Below, in pieces: positions 17,722 through 26,951 of a DNA stretch of 63,723 bases; the stretch's first letter is position 1, and each line of letters starts with the position of its first letter. The stretch spans positions 1-63,723 of the forward strand of contig JACPPM010000238.1 of the NCBI GenBank assembly GCA_016191015.1, read 5' to 3'. The position numbers and the translations under genes were made by a program. The notes under the pieces are model-generated. The model saw only the letters and a program-made list of their open reading frames with translations. It was not told where the DNA came from and ran no database searches. The stretch comes from Acidobacteriota bacterium. GTDB lineage: Bacteria; Acidobacteriota; CAIWXX01.

Positions 17722-20700
17722 ATGACCAAGCCCCGCGTGGGCCTGAACTCCGGCCTGTGGCCGGTCCTGCTCTTGATCGCCCCGGTCTGGACTTGGGCCG
17801 CAGGACTTTCGCTGGACGTCGAGTCGAGCTCGCTGCAGTGGCTCGATGATGGCGCTGAGATCACTCTGCAGCTCAGGAACGATTCGACTCGCGTCGTGCC
17901 CGCTCGAGTCTCTCTCGAAATCCTGGATCCAAGGGACAGGGTGGTTATTCAGGCAGAGTGCTCGATCGCCATCGCCTCGGGATCGTCACAGACGACGCTC
18001 CCCTTGGCAGGGTTTCATCTCTCCGACCACCCGCTCGTTATGGTCTACCGGCTGAGATATCGCGTTGAACCGGAGCCGGGCGATGAGACCATTCGAGGCG
18101 TGGCGGGCATCGCGGCCTTTTCGCGTCTCCAGACCCCGGATCTTTTCGACGTGCACATTATTGGATATGACACCGTCTCTGTGGGCAGCCGCCTGAAGGT
18201 CGTCGTGTCGACACTGCATCCGATAACACGCACTGCCGCTCCCGGGGTCGAGGTGGTTGGAACACTGGAGCTCTCGGCCGACTCGAAGCTGCCGAGTCGC
18301 GAGGCTCGGAGCGTGACGGACGTGGGTGGTGTGAGCTTGCTGGTCTTCGAGATACCAGCAGATCTACCGGCGGATGATGCCAGGCTCCTCGTCGAGGCCT
18401 CCCGGGGCGCCCACGCGGCCAAGGCCGAGCTCGACATCAGCGTCGCTCGTGATCCCATCATCCATCTTTACACGGACAAGGGACTCTACCAACCGGGTCA
18501 GACTCTCCACATGCGCGCCCTGGCATTCGACAGCTCCCATCGCGCCATCGCCGGCGCCGCAGTTTCCTTCAAGGTCACCGGCCCCGATGATCGACTCCTC
18601 TTCACGTTGCCGGTCAAGACGTCCCGATACGGAGTGGCGAGCACCGACTGGAGAATCCCATCGAACCCGGTCCTCGGCACCTATTCGGTCGAATTCGGGA
18701 TGGACACGGCGCGCTTTGGACATGACGCATACCGAGGTACCTCGGTTCGCGTCAGCCGCTACGACCTTCCACATTTCGCAATCACGGCGGCTCCCGATCG
18801 AACGTACTATCTGCCCGGTCAAAGCGCCGATGTGACAATCGAGGCCGACTACCTTTTCGGTCAGCCAGTCACAACGGGACAGGTCCGGCTCACTGCGGAG
18901 AAGCGGGAACGATGGAGCCCCGAGCTCAGGCGCTGGGTGACCCAGACGGCATCAGTATTTGAGGGGGTTCTCGACGACAGGGGGACCTGTACCCTTCGCC
19001 TCGATCTTGGTGCGTCTCACGATTCCCTGGCGCAGAACGAGGACGATCACTATCAGGATCTCACTTTCACGGCCTCGGTCACGGATACAAGCACGGGACG
19101 CACCGAGCGCCGATTCTTTGATGTCCGTGTCAGCAAGGAACCGATTCACTTGTACGCAATCGATCTTCCGTGGGGAGCACATGAAGGCGACCCGTTCGAC
19201 TTCTTCATTTCATCATTCGAAGCTGATGGCACGCCGGTTTCGGTCGAGATCGCGGTTCTTCAATCGAGTGCTCCGGACTGCTCGAGCGGCGTCGATGGGA
19301 CGCGGCTCATTCGAACGGTCCGCACCAACCGCTACGGGCTGGCCAAAGTCCGGGGTCTCGTCATACCTCCCTCCCCATGCCATCGACTAGTGCTCGAGTC
19401 CCATGATGAAGAAGGGAGGAAGATAGGGCACTTCGAAGAGCGACTCGTGTTCGGCACCGAGGTTCCCATTCGACTCGAAACTGATCGGACAATCCTGAGG
19501 CCTGGGGACCCGGTTTCGGTTCGAGTCTCCGGCCCCGGTTCTGCCGTCGTCGTGCAGGTTCTCCGGGATCTCGAAATTGTGAGGTCGCAAACAGCCTTAC
19601 TGAGAGATGGCCACGCGACCGCCACCTTTCCGTGGGACCCCACTTTCGAAGGCGCGCTGTACGTCGTTGCCTATCCTCCAGAGTCGACGGGCGCGTGGAG
19701 AGTGGACGGGACCAGCATTCCCATCGTCTATCCGTCCGGCAGCTCGCTCAATCTCCGAACTCGTTTGGATCGATCGACCTATCGTCCGGGGGATGAGGCG
19801 CGCGTCGTGTTCGATCTGTACCAGGGGTCACGCACTCCCGTCCCAGGCGTTCTGGGCGTTGTCGCAATCGACAAGGCCCTTCTCGAGCGCGAAGATGAGG
19901 AGCGCATTTGGCCCTCATGGACCTGGGAAGACAGCTTTGCAGGCATCTCCACCGAAAACATCCTCCGACTGGACGTGCGGCGGCCGCCTCCTGCCGATCT
20001 GGATCTTCTGGCCGAGATCCTCTTCCTCGGCAATGCCCTGCCTGCGCAGATCGGGAGTCGACGGTTCCGGACGGATGCCGCTTCTGAATTCGTCCCGTTT
20101 TTCGAAGAGAAGCTGGCATCATTTCGAGCAGCAGCGGAAATGGCAATCCTCGATCCTCCGTTGGATGAGCAGGAAGGCTTTCGCGTCCTCCGTGAAGCCG
20201 AGGCGGCGATTGCCGGAATCGTCGACCCGTGGGGGTGCCCGCACCGCTTGAGAATGGCCCCGCATGCAAATCGGCTTGTTCTGGAGGTCGAGACCGCCGG
20301 TCCGGACCAGCAGTTCGCAACAGGCGATGACTTCGTCGCTCTTACAGAGTCCTGGTATTACTTCGAAAGGCCGGGCCGGCTTATCGACCGGGCATTCGAG
20401 GAACACCATCAGCGGACGGGAGGCTTCATCCTGGACGAATCCACCCTGGCAGCGGAGGTGTCTAAGTTGGGCCTGGATCTCACGGCGATTCGAGACCCGT
20501 GGGGATGTCCCTACGAGATCGGGTTCGAGGTTAGTCAGACCCATTACCTGATCAAGGTCACCTCTGACGGGCCGGATCAGCGCCCCGCCTCGCCTGCCAA
20601 CGACGACGACATCCGCGTCTGGACCGCATCGATCGACTCCTTCCGTGGGACTCGCCAGGCAATCGAGCTGGCGTTGGATTCGGCAATGGCGGAGGGCCAG

Positions 20701-23643
20701 GCCTTCCCGGCGACACTCGCTGAATTCGAGCGTGTTCTCAACGGGGCGGGTCTTCCATTGAGCAATGTCTGCGATCCATGGGACCAGCCGGTCTCGGCTG
20801 CCTTCTCGGAGCAAGACCAGTACGGAGACGCAACGCGGATCTATGCCTACTCCGCCTACCCTGATCCGCCGAAACGTCGCATCGAGATCGAGCCGGTGAC
20901 ACAGCGTGTCGGGTGGATCAGAATGAAGAGCCAAGGCCCCGATGGCCTGCCTCAGACGCAGGACGATTGTGAGGTGGCGAGTTTTTCCCGCGTTCTTTCC
21001 GAGCAACCGGCCGGAGAGAGGCGGCGGCGGACGGATCCGCTGCCTGCGAACGCGCCAGGAGACGGCTCTATCCACGGCACCGTTCGGGATATCGACGGCC
21101 GTCCTGTAGCCGCGGTATACATCTCGGCGGCTCGCGAGGGTCTGGTGATCGGACGAGCGTCGACTCGAATCGGCGGGACATACACGCTCGAAAACCTCCC
21201 AGCAGGTCTTTACGAAGTCTGCTTCGAGCGTGCAGGATTCACGACGATCCTTGTAGATCACGTCCCCGTGAACGCGGTGGAATCCCTGAGGCTCGACGCG
21301 ACGCTCGAGGTGAGCCCGGCGGCGGAGGTCGTGACCGTCACAGCCGAGTCTCCGTCGCTCGACACGAAGCACTCAGGGGTAGGTTTGAATCAGGGACGTG
21401 ACGGGCCGCTCGCGACGTCTGCCATCGCAACGCCCCGGCTCAGACAGTTCTTCCCTGAGACTTTGGTCTGGGAACCCTCTGTCGAAACCGACGAGAGGGG
21501 CCGGGCGGAGCTCCGCTTCCGATTGGCTGACAACACCACGACCTGGAAGCTCAGGTCCACTGCTTCGACCGAGGACGGTCGCATGGTCACGATCGATCGG
21601 GACGTTCTCGCAACGCTGCCTTTCTTTGTCGAGCAGGACCCGCCTCGGACCCTGACCCAGGGAGATGAGATCTCCCTTCCAGTCGGGCTGCACAGCGACA
21701 TGATGCGTCCTGTCAATGTCGAGCTGGCGTTGAGGCCCGAGCCGTGGCTCAAGATAGTTGGGTCGCGCGTGGGTCCCGTTCAGGTGCTGCCTCGCAAGCC
21801 CAGGGTGGAGCGCCTGACGTTTCGCGCTGTCAGGCCCGTCCGGAATGCGCCCCTGCGTGTCACAGCGGCTGGTGACGGGGTCGGGGATGCTGTCGAGAAG
21901 CCAGTGACCGTTCATCCGGATGGCGAAGAGGTCGTGACGACCGAATGCCAACTCCTCTCAGGGCAGGCGATCATGCACGCCGTGGTCCCGGATGATGCGC
22001 TCCCGGGGTCGGTGGAAGCCGAGCTGGTCCTCTACCCGAACCTCATCGCGCAAGTGGCTGAGAGCGCCGAGGGGCTCCTCGAACGACCTCACGGCTGCGC
22101 GGAGCAAACGGCATCTGTCGCCTTCGTCAGTCTCTTGCTGCTCAGGAATTCTGCCCAGCAGGCCCCGGAGGCTCCGACTCTCGTGCGCGCTCGCCGATAC
22201 GTTCAGGATGGCTACGATCGCCTCCTCGATTTCCAGCAGCCGTCCGGCGGGTTCTCCTACTGGCGAGGCGGGGAGCCGGACCCGGCGCTCACCGCCTACG
22301 TCATCCGCTTCTTGACACAGGCTCAGGGCGTCGTCGTCGTCGATGTGTCGGCTCTGGAGCGAGCCCGCGATTGGCTCCTCAAGAACCAAGCCGCTGACGG
22401 GCGTTGGCCGATGCTCGCGGGCGAGGTCGAAGACCGAAACGAGACGCTGGCATTGACGGCGATGATTCTTCGAGTGATCGCCGAAACTGCAACTGGAGCC
22501 GCCGATCTCGCCGTCGGGGTGCGGCTGTCCCGAGGGCTAGTCCACCTGCGAGATCGACTCGATGAAATCCCTGAACCCTACGCCCTTGCGTCGTATTGCC
22601 TCGCGGCTCTGGCGGTCGGCGACAAGACCGCAGCATCCGCGGCCGCAAGGCTGTTGTCCGTGCTGGCACATGAGGAGGGGGGCGCGGCGTACTGGAGCCT
22701 CGAAACGAACACTCCATTCTACGGACGTGGAGTGGCTGGCAGGATCGAAACCACCGCGCTTGCTGTGCAGGCATTGGCCGGGGCTCAGGCGGCGGGGATA
22801 GCTGTCGAACGCGAAACTATCGATCGCGGCGTCCTCTTTCTCTTCCGGCACAAGGACAGGCTTGGAGTCTGGTCCTCGACACAGGCCACCGTCAATGCTC
22901 TCGAAGCGCTGCTGGCGCAACTCTCGCGGGAGAGTCCAGCCAGCGACGTGCCGGGATCATCCTCGCCGGTCGACATCGTCATCAATGGAGAGAGGCTCCA
23001 AACGGTCGATCTTGCCACCGCCGACTTCCTCGGCGGCATATCTCGCATCGACATTGCTGGAAGCCTGCACGCCGGCGAGAACAAAATCGAGATCCGAGGC
23101 GCCCGGCCAGTCCCGACGGGTCTCGCGCGCATCGCCGTCGCTAGCTACCGACCCTGGGCTCGCCCGGACGCACAATCTCGGGCTGACAGAGCTTCATCGC
23201 TCGCGCTCGCTGTGCAGTTCGACACCACCGAAGCTCAGACGGGCACCGCCATCACCTGCCACGTGAGCGCCGAGAGGATCGGATTCAAGGGGTACGGCAT
23301 GCTTCTCGCCGAGGTCGGACTCCCGCCGGGAGCGGACGTCGACCGAAGGTCGCTCGAGGAAGCACGATCTCGAAGCGACTCCTCTCTCAGCATGTACGAG
23401 ATTCAGCCGGATCACGTTGTCCTCTACCTCTGGCCCGAAGGCGGATCAGCAGAACTGACGTTCAGGTTCCGGCCCCGGTTCGCGATAAAGGCAAAGAGCG
23501 CTCCTTCATTTGTTTTCGAGTACTACAACCCGGACGCACGGGCCGTTGTTCCTCCGGTGGACTTCACCGTGCGCGGTCGTAGTGGCAAAGAAGCCGACGC
23601 AGATGGCGCCGATCGCGGAGCCGGGGCGGATACAGCCCCTTGA
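17722..23643 (+). CDS. Alpha-2-macroglobulin-family protein
   Basis: MG2 (TDKGLYQPGQ), LRQFFPETLVW, thioester GCAEQ (22093-22107), WSSTQAT, C-terminal FEYYNPD. Confidence 0.9.
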   Translation: MTKPRVGLNSGLWPVLLLIAPVWTWAAGLSLDVESSSLQWLDDGAEITLQLRNDSTRVVPARVSLEILDPRDRVVIQAECSIAIASGSSQTTLPLAGFHLSDHPLVMVYRLRYRVEPEPGDETIRGVAGIAAFSRLQTPDLFDVHIIGYDTVSVGSRLKVVVSTLHPITRTAAPGVEVVGTLELSADSKLPSREARSVTDVGGVSLLVFEIPADLPADDARLLVEASRGAHAAKAELDISVARDPIIHLYTDKGLYQPGQTLHMRALAFDSSHRAIAGAAVSFKVTGPDDRLLFTLPVKTSRYGVASTDWRIPSNPVLGTYSVEFGMDTARFGHDAYRGTSVRVSRYDLPHFAITAAPDRTYYLPGQSADVTIEADYLFGQPVTTGQVRLTAEKRERWSPELRRWVTQTASVFEGVLDDRGTCTLRLDLGASHDSLAQNEDDHYQDLTFTASVTDTSTGRTERRFFDVRVSKEPIHLYAIDLPWGAHEGDPFDFFISSFEADGTPVSVEIAVLQSSAPDCSSGVDGTRLIRTVRTNRYGLAKVRGLVIPPSPCHRLVLESHDEEGRKIGHFEERLVFGTEVPIRLETDRTILRPGDPVSVRVSGPGSAVVVQVLRDLEIVRSQTALLRDGHATATFPWDPTFEGALYVVAYPPESTGAWRVDGTSIPIVYPSGSSLNLRTRLDRSTYRPGDEARVVFDLYQGSRTPVPGVLGVVAIDKALLEREDEERIWPSWTWEDSFAGISTENILRLDVRRPPPADLDLLAEILFLGNALPAQIGSRRFRTDAASEFVPFFEEKLASFRAAAEMAILDPPLDEQEGFRVLREAEAAIAGIVDPWGCPHRLRMAPHANRLVLEVETAGPDQQFATGDDFVALTESWYYFERPGRLIDRAFEEHHQRTGGFILDESTLAAEVSKLGLDLTAIRDPWGCPYEIGFEVSQTHYLIKVTSDGPDQRPASPANDDDIRVWTASIDSFRGTRQAIELALDSAMAEGQAFPATLAEFERVLNGAGLPLSNVCDPWDQPVSAAFSEQDQYGDATRIYAYSAYPDPPKRRIEIEPVTQRVGWIRMKSQGPDGLPQTQDDCEVASFSRVLSEQPAGERRRRTDPLPANAPGDGSIHGTVRDIDGRPVAAVYISAAREGLVIGRASTRIGGTYTLENLPAGLYEVCFERAGFTTILVDHVPVNAVESLRLDATLEVSPAAEVVTVTAESPSLDTKHSGVGLNQGRDGPLATSAIATPRLRQFFPETLVWEPSVETDERGRAELRFRLADNTTTWKLRSTASTEDGRMVTIDRDVLATLPFFVEQDPPRTLTQGDEISLPVGLHSDMMRPVNVELALRPEPWLKIVGSRVGPVQVLPRKPRVERLTFRAVRPVRNAPLRVTAAGDGVGDAVEKPVTVHPDGEEVVTTECQLLSGQAIMHAVVPDDALPGSVEAELVLYPNLIAQVAESAEGLLERPHGCAEQTASVAFVSLLLLRNSAQQAPEAPTLVRARRYVQDGYDRLLDFQQPSGGFSYWRGGEPDPALTAYVIRFLTQAQGVVVVDVSALERARDWLLKNQAADGRWPMLAGEVEDRNETLALTAMILRVIAETATGAADLAVGVRLSRGLVHLRDRLDEIPEPYALASYCLAALAVGDKTAASAAARLLSVLAHEEGGAAYWSLETNTPFYGRGVAGRIETTALAVQALAGAQAAGIAVERETIDRGVLFLFRHKDRLGVWSSTQATVNALEALLAQLSRESPASDVPGSSSPVDIVINGERLQTVDLATADFLGGISRIDIAGSLHAGENKIEIRGARPVPTGLARIAVASYRPWARPDAQSRADRASSLALAVQFDTTEAQTGTAITCHVSAERIGFKGYGMLLAEVGLPPGADVDRRSLEEARSRSDSSLSMYEIQPDHVVLYLWPEGGSAELTFRFRPRFAIKAKSAPSFVFEYYNPDARAVVPPVDFTVRGRSGKEADADGADRGAGADTAP

Positions 23644-23699
23644 ATATTGCCTGAGTGGGGGCTATAGTCCGCTGCACACTGCATGTGAGAGAGAAAACG

Positions 23700-25268
23700 A
23701 TGCCATCAATCTACTTCACTGAAGAGCACGATTCGTTCCGAGCCGCCGTGCGGCGTTTTGTCGAGGAAGAGGTGGCGCCGCACGCCGATGAGTGGGAGGC
23801 AGCGCGGGCGATCCCGCGCGATGTTTTCCGGCGGATGGCAGAGCTCGGGTTTCTCGGCATCTGTTTCCCCGACGCATACGGCGGGGCGGATGCCGACATC
23901 TTCTTTGCGATCGCGTTCCTGGAGGAGCTGGCGCGCTCGCGCATGGGCGGGTTTTGCGCCGCCGTCAGTGTCCAGGAGTTCATGGCGACCCAGCACATTT
24001 TCAGACAAGGATCGGAGGAGCTCAAACGGCGTTACCTGACCCCCTCGATCACCGGGCAGCTTGTCGGAGCCCTTGCCATCACCGAGCCCGATACGGGATC
24101 GGATGTAGCGGCGATTCGCACGCGAGCAGTCCGCGACGGTGACGTGTACGTCGTGAGCGGCGCGAAAACGTTCATCACGAACGGAGCGGACGGTGACTTC
24201 TGCACGCTCGCCGTGAAGACACTGCCGGATGCGGGTGTGGAGGGGGTGAGCTTGCTGGCCGTGGATTTGAAGGCGCCGGGGGTGAGCGTCACCAGACGGC
24301 TCAGCAAGATGGGCTGGCACTCGTCGGACACAGCCGAGCTCCTCTTCGAAGAGGCGCGCGTGCCCGTTTCTCAGCGCATCGGGGAGGAGAACATGGGGTT
24401 CTACTACCTGATGGAGGCGTTTCAGCTCGAGCGCCTCGCGGGCGCGGCGATCGCTGTGGGATCGGCCGTGCTGTGCCTCGAGACTACCACGGCGTATCTC
24501 AAAACGCGGCAGGCATTTGGTAAGCCGTTGTCACGCTTCCAGGTTCTCACGCATCGGCTCGCCGGCCTCGCCGCCGAGCTCGAGGCCGCCCGCCAGCTCA
24601 CATATCAGGCGGCATGGCTCCTGCAGAACGGGCATGATCCAGTGCGTGAATGCAGCATGGCCAAGCTTGTCGCAACGGAGCTCGGCAAGCGGGTGAGCGA
24701 CGACTGCCTGCAATGCTTCGGTGGCTACGGCTTCATGGAGGAGTATCCGATCTCGCGATTCTATCGTGATGCTCGCGCCGCAACGATTGTCGCGGGAACC
24801 TCCGAAATCATGCGTGAGATCATCGCCCGGATTATGATTGAAGGAGAGCAGCCCGGGCGGGGCCGGGCCAGTGCGGGGGTGTCGGAGGGACGATCGTGCC
24901 CGGTCGAGCCTGCGGTGCGAGCCGCGATTCCGCAGGTTCCGGAGAAGACAGTCGAGGGGTTAATGCGATCGCTGCCAGGCCGGATCAGGTCTGAGAAGGT
25001 GGCGGGGTGGCGCGCGTGTTTTCATTTCAGATTGAAGGATTCGGATCACCCAGATTGGACCGTTCGGATCGAGGAAGGAATGTGCGCGGTCGAGGAGGGA
25101 TTGCAGGGAAGTCCCGACTGCCTGGTGCAGATGAAGGCCGAGACGTTTCTCGGAATCGAGACTGGTGCCACGAACCCTCAAGTTGCGTTCATGATGGGCA
25201 AGGTGAAGGTGTCCGACGTCGGACAGATGATGCGCTACGTCAAGGCGTTTAGGCCCATCTTCACCTGA
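23700..25268 (+). CDS. Acyl-CoA dehydrogenase with C-terminal SCP2 (sterol carrier) domain
   Basis: ITEPDTGSDV, KTFITNG, KMGWHSSDTAEL, GGYGFMEEY; tail AFMMGKVKVSD. Confidence 0.9.
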   Translation: MPSIYFTEEHDSFRAAVRRFVEEEVAPHADEWEAARAIPRDVFRRMAELGFLGICFPDAYGGADADIFFAIAFLEELARSRMGGFCAAVSVQEFMATQHIFRQGSEELKRRYLTPSITGQLVGALAITEPDTGSDVAAIRTRAVRDGDVYVVSGAKTFITNGADGDFCTLAVKTLPDAGVEGVSLLAVDLKAPGVSVTRRLSKMGWHSSDTAELLFEEARVPVSQRIGEENMGFYYLMEAFQLERLAGAAIAVGSAVLCLETTTAYLKTRQAFGKPLSRFQVLTHRLAGLAAELEAARQLTYQAAWLLQNGHDPVRECSMAKLVATELGKRVSDDCLQCFGGYGFMEEYPISRFYRDARAATIVAGTSEIMREIIARIMIEGEQPGRGRASAGVSEGRSCPVEPAVRAAIPQVPEKTVEGLMRSLPGRIRSEKVAGWRACFHFRLKDSDHPDWTVRIEEGMCAVEEGLQGSPDCLVQMKAETFLGIETGATNPQVAFMMGKVKVSDVGQMMRYVKAFRPIFT

Positions 25269-25439
25269 GGCTCGATACGACGGGACGATCATGACCCCTC
25301 GGAGCCTCCTGTGAGCCCAGTCACACCGACGCGGCTTCCATGGGTTATAATTCGGCTACAGTTCCACGGCATGGCTTGACGTGGAGCTGGATGGAGAGGC
25401 GGAGGGCGAGTTTTTGTCAGAGCTCGAAAGGAAAAGAAT

Positions 25440-26312
25440 ATGACGGCAGGCGGATCAGTGGGAGCCGGGGCGGTGGTGGCGATCGCATCGTGGATGCTGA
25501 TGGCATCCGCGCCCCTGGGGGCCGCAGGAAGAACCTGCGGCACCTACTCGGACCCGGCAGCGATCGAGCGAGACGAGACGTACGCACAGGCTGAGATGGC
25601 GCGGTACGGCATCGACCCGGCGGAGATGCCGGCCGGTGGCGTGATCAACGTCTACTTTCATGTCATTAACCAGGGCTCCGGTATCGCAAACGGGGATGTG
25701 CCGGATTCGATGATCTCCGCACAGATCTCAGTGCTGAACGCGGCGTTCGCCCCATACGGCTGGTCCTTCAATCTGGTCGGCACCGACCGCACCACCAATG
25801 CGAGTTGGTACAACATGGGATACGGTAGCTGGGAGGAGATCGAGGCCAAGACGGCGCTTCGCCTCGGATCCGCCGACGACCTCAATCTCTACACTGCGAA
25901 TCTGTCGGGAGGTCTGCTCGGCTGGGCCACATTCCCATCATGGTATGCCGGGAACCCGTCCGATGACGGCGTTATTCTGCTCGACGCATCACTTCCTGGC
26001 GGATCTGCCGCCCCGTACAACCTCGGTGACACAGCCACCCATGAGGTCGGTCACTGGATGGGCTTGTACCACACCTTCCAGGGTGGATGTGCACGGAGCG
26101 GGACAAACGGCGGAGACTATGTGAAGGACACGCCGGCCGAACGATCGGCGGCCTACGGCTGCCCCAAGCGCCGCAATACCTGTTCCTCTCGCGGCAGGGA
26201 CCCGATCCACAACTTCATGGACTACACCAATGACGCCTGCATGGATCGCTTCTCCTCGGGCCAGGGCAGCAGGATGAACACGCAGTGGATGCTCTACCGG
26301 GAGGGGCTGTAG
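25440..26312 (+). CDS. Zinc metalloprotease, M43 (ulilysin/pappalysin) family
   Basis: HEVGHWMGLYH zinc motif, DTPAE, Met-turn NFMDY. Confidence 0.92.
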   Translation: MTAGGSVGAGAVVAIASWMLMASAPLGAAGRTCGTYSDPAAIERDETYAQAEMARYGIDPAEMPAGGVINVYFHVINQGSGIANGDVPDSMISAQISVLNAAFAPYGWSFNLVGTDRTTNASWYNMGYGSWEEIEAKTALRLGSADDLNLYTANLSGGLLGWATFPSWYAGNPSDDGVILLDASLPGGSAAPYNLGDTATHEVGHWMGLYHTFQGGCARSGTNGGDYVKDTPAERSAAYGCPKRRNTCSSRGRDPIHNFMDYTNDACMDRFSSGQGSRMNTQWMLYREGL

Positions 26313-26404
26313 CGCACGCATGAGGTAGCCGGACGCGGACCCACTGCGGCCGAGCAGCCATTGGCCGTCAGCCATATGCGATTCGGAACGGATCACTGGC
26401 GGTA

Positions 26405-26857
26405 GTGGAGCGAGTGGGAGGGGCGGATGCGCTGTGGGCTCACACACGGTTGCATGTCTGGCCGGAGCGATACGTCCTGCTGAGCTTCCCGACCGACAGG
26501 TTCGTGACTGCATCCGAGCTCGTCACGGCGTGTGTGGGCACATTTGCCGCCATGCTCCTCGAACGCGACGAGGTTTCGCTCACCATTCCCGAGGCGGTGT
26601 GGAAAGCCTCATCGGGTGCCGTCCCGGCGAGGGCCGAGGCCGGCCCTTTTCGCGCGATCACGTTCGACCTCGACATTGATTTGAATGTCTGCGGATATCT
26701 CGCCCCAGCCGCCGTCCGGCTTGCGGAGGCCGGTGTCTCGATCGTTCCGCAATGTGCGTATTTGAAGGACCATCTGTTGGTGCACGAGCGGGATCTTCCC
26801 AAAGCGATTGAGGTGCTGACCGGCCTGATTTCCGGGAAACACGAGGCGAGCGCCTAG
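26405..26857 (+). CDS. ACT-domain protein (ACT_7-like)
   Basis: DEVSLT, FRAITFD..LN.CGYLA...LAEAGVSI...DHLLV. Confidence 0.75.
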   Translation: MERVGGADALWAHTRLHVWPERYVLLSFPTDRFVTASELVTACVGTFAAMLLERDEVSLTIPEAVWKASSGAVPARAEAGPFRAITFDLDIDLNVCGYLAPAAVRLAEAGVSIVPQCAYLKDHLLVHERDLPKAIEVLTGLISGKHEASA

Positions 26858-26951
26858 AACGGCCATCCCGCGCCCCCAGGCTCGCGCCCGGGCCAGACCG
26901 CGTCGCCGGCCGCGCAGGATGACCCGGTTGCTAGCGGAGTGCTAAGATCAC

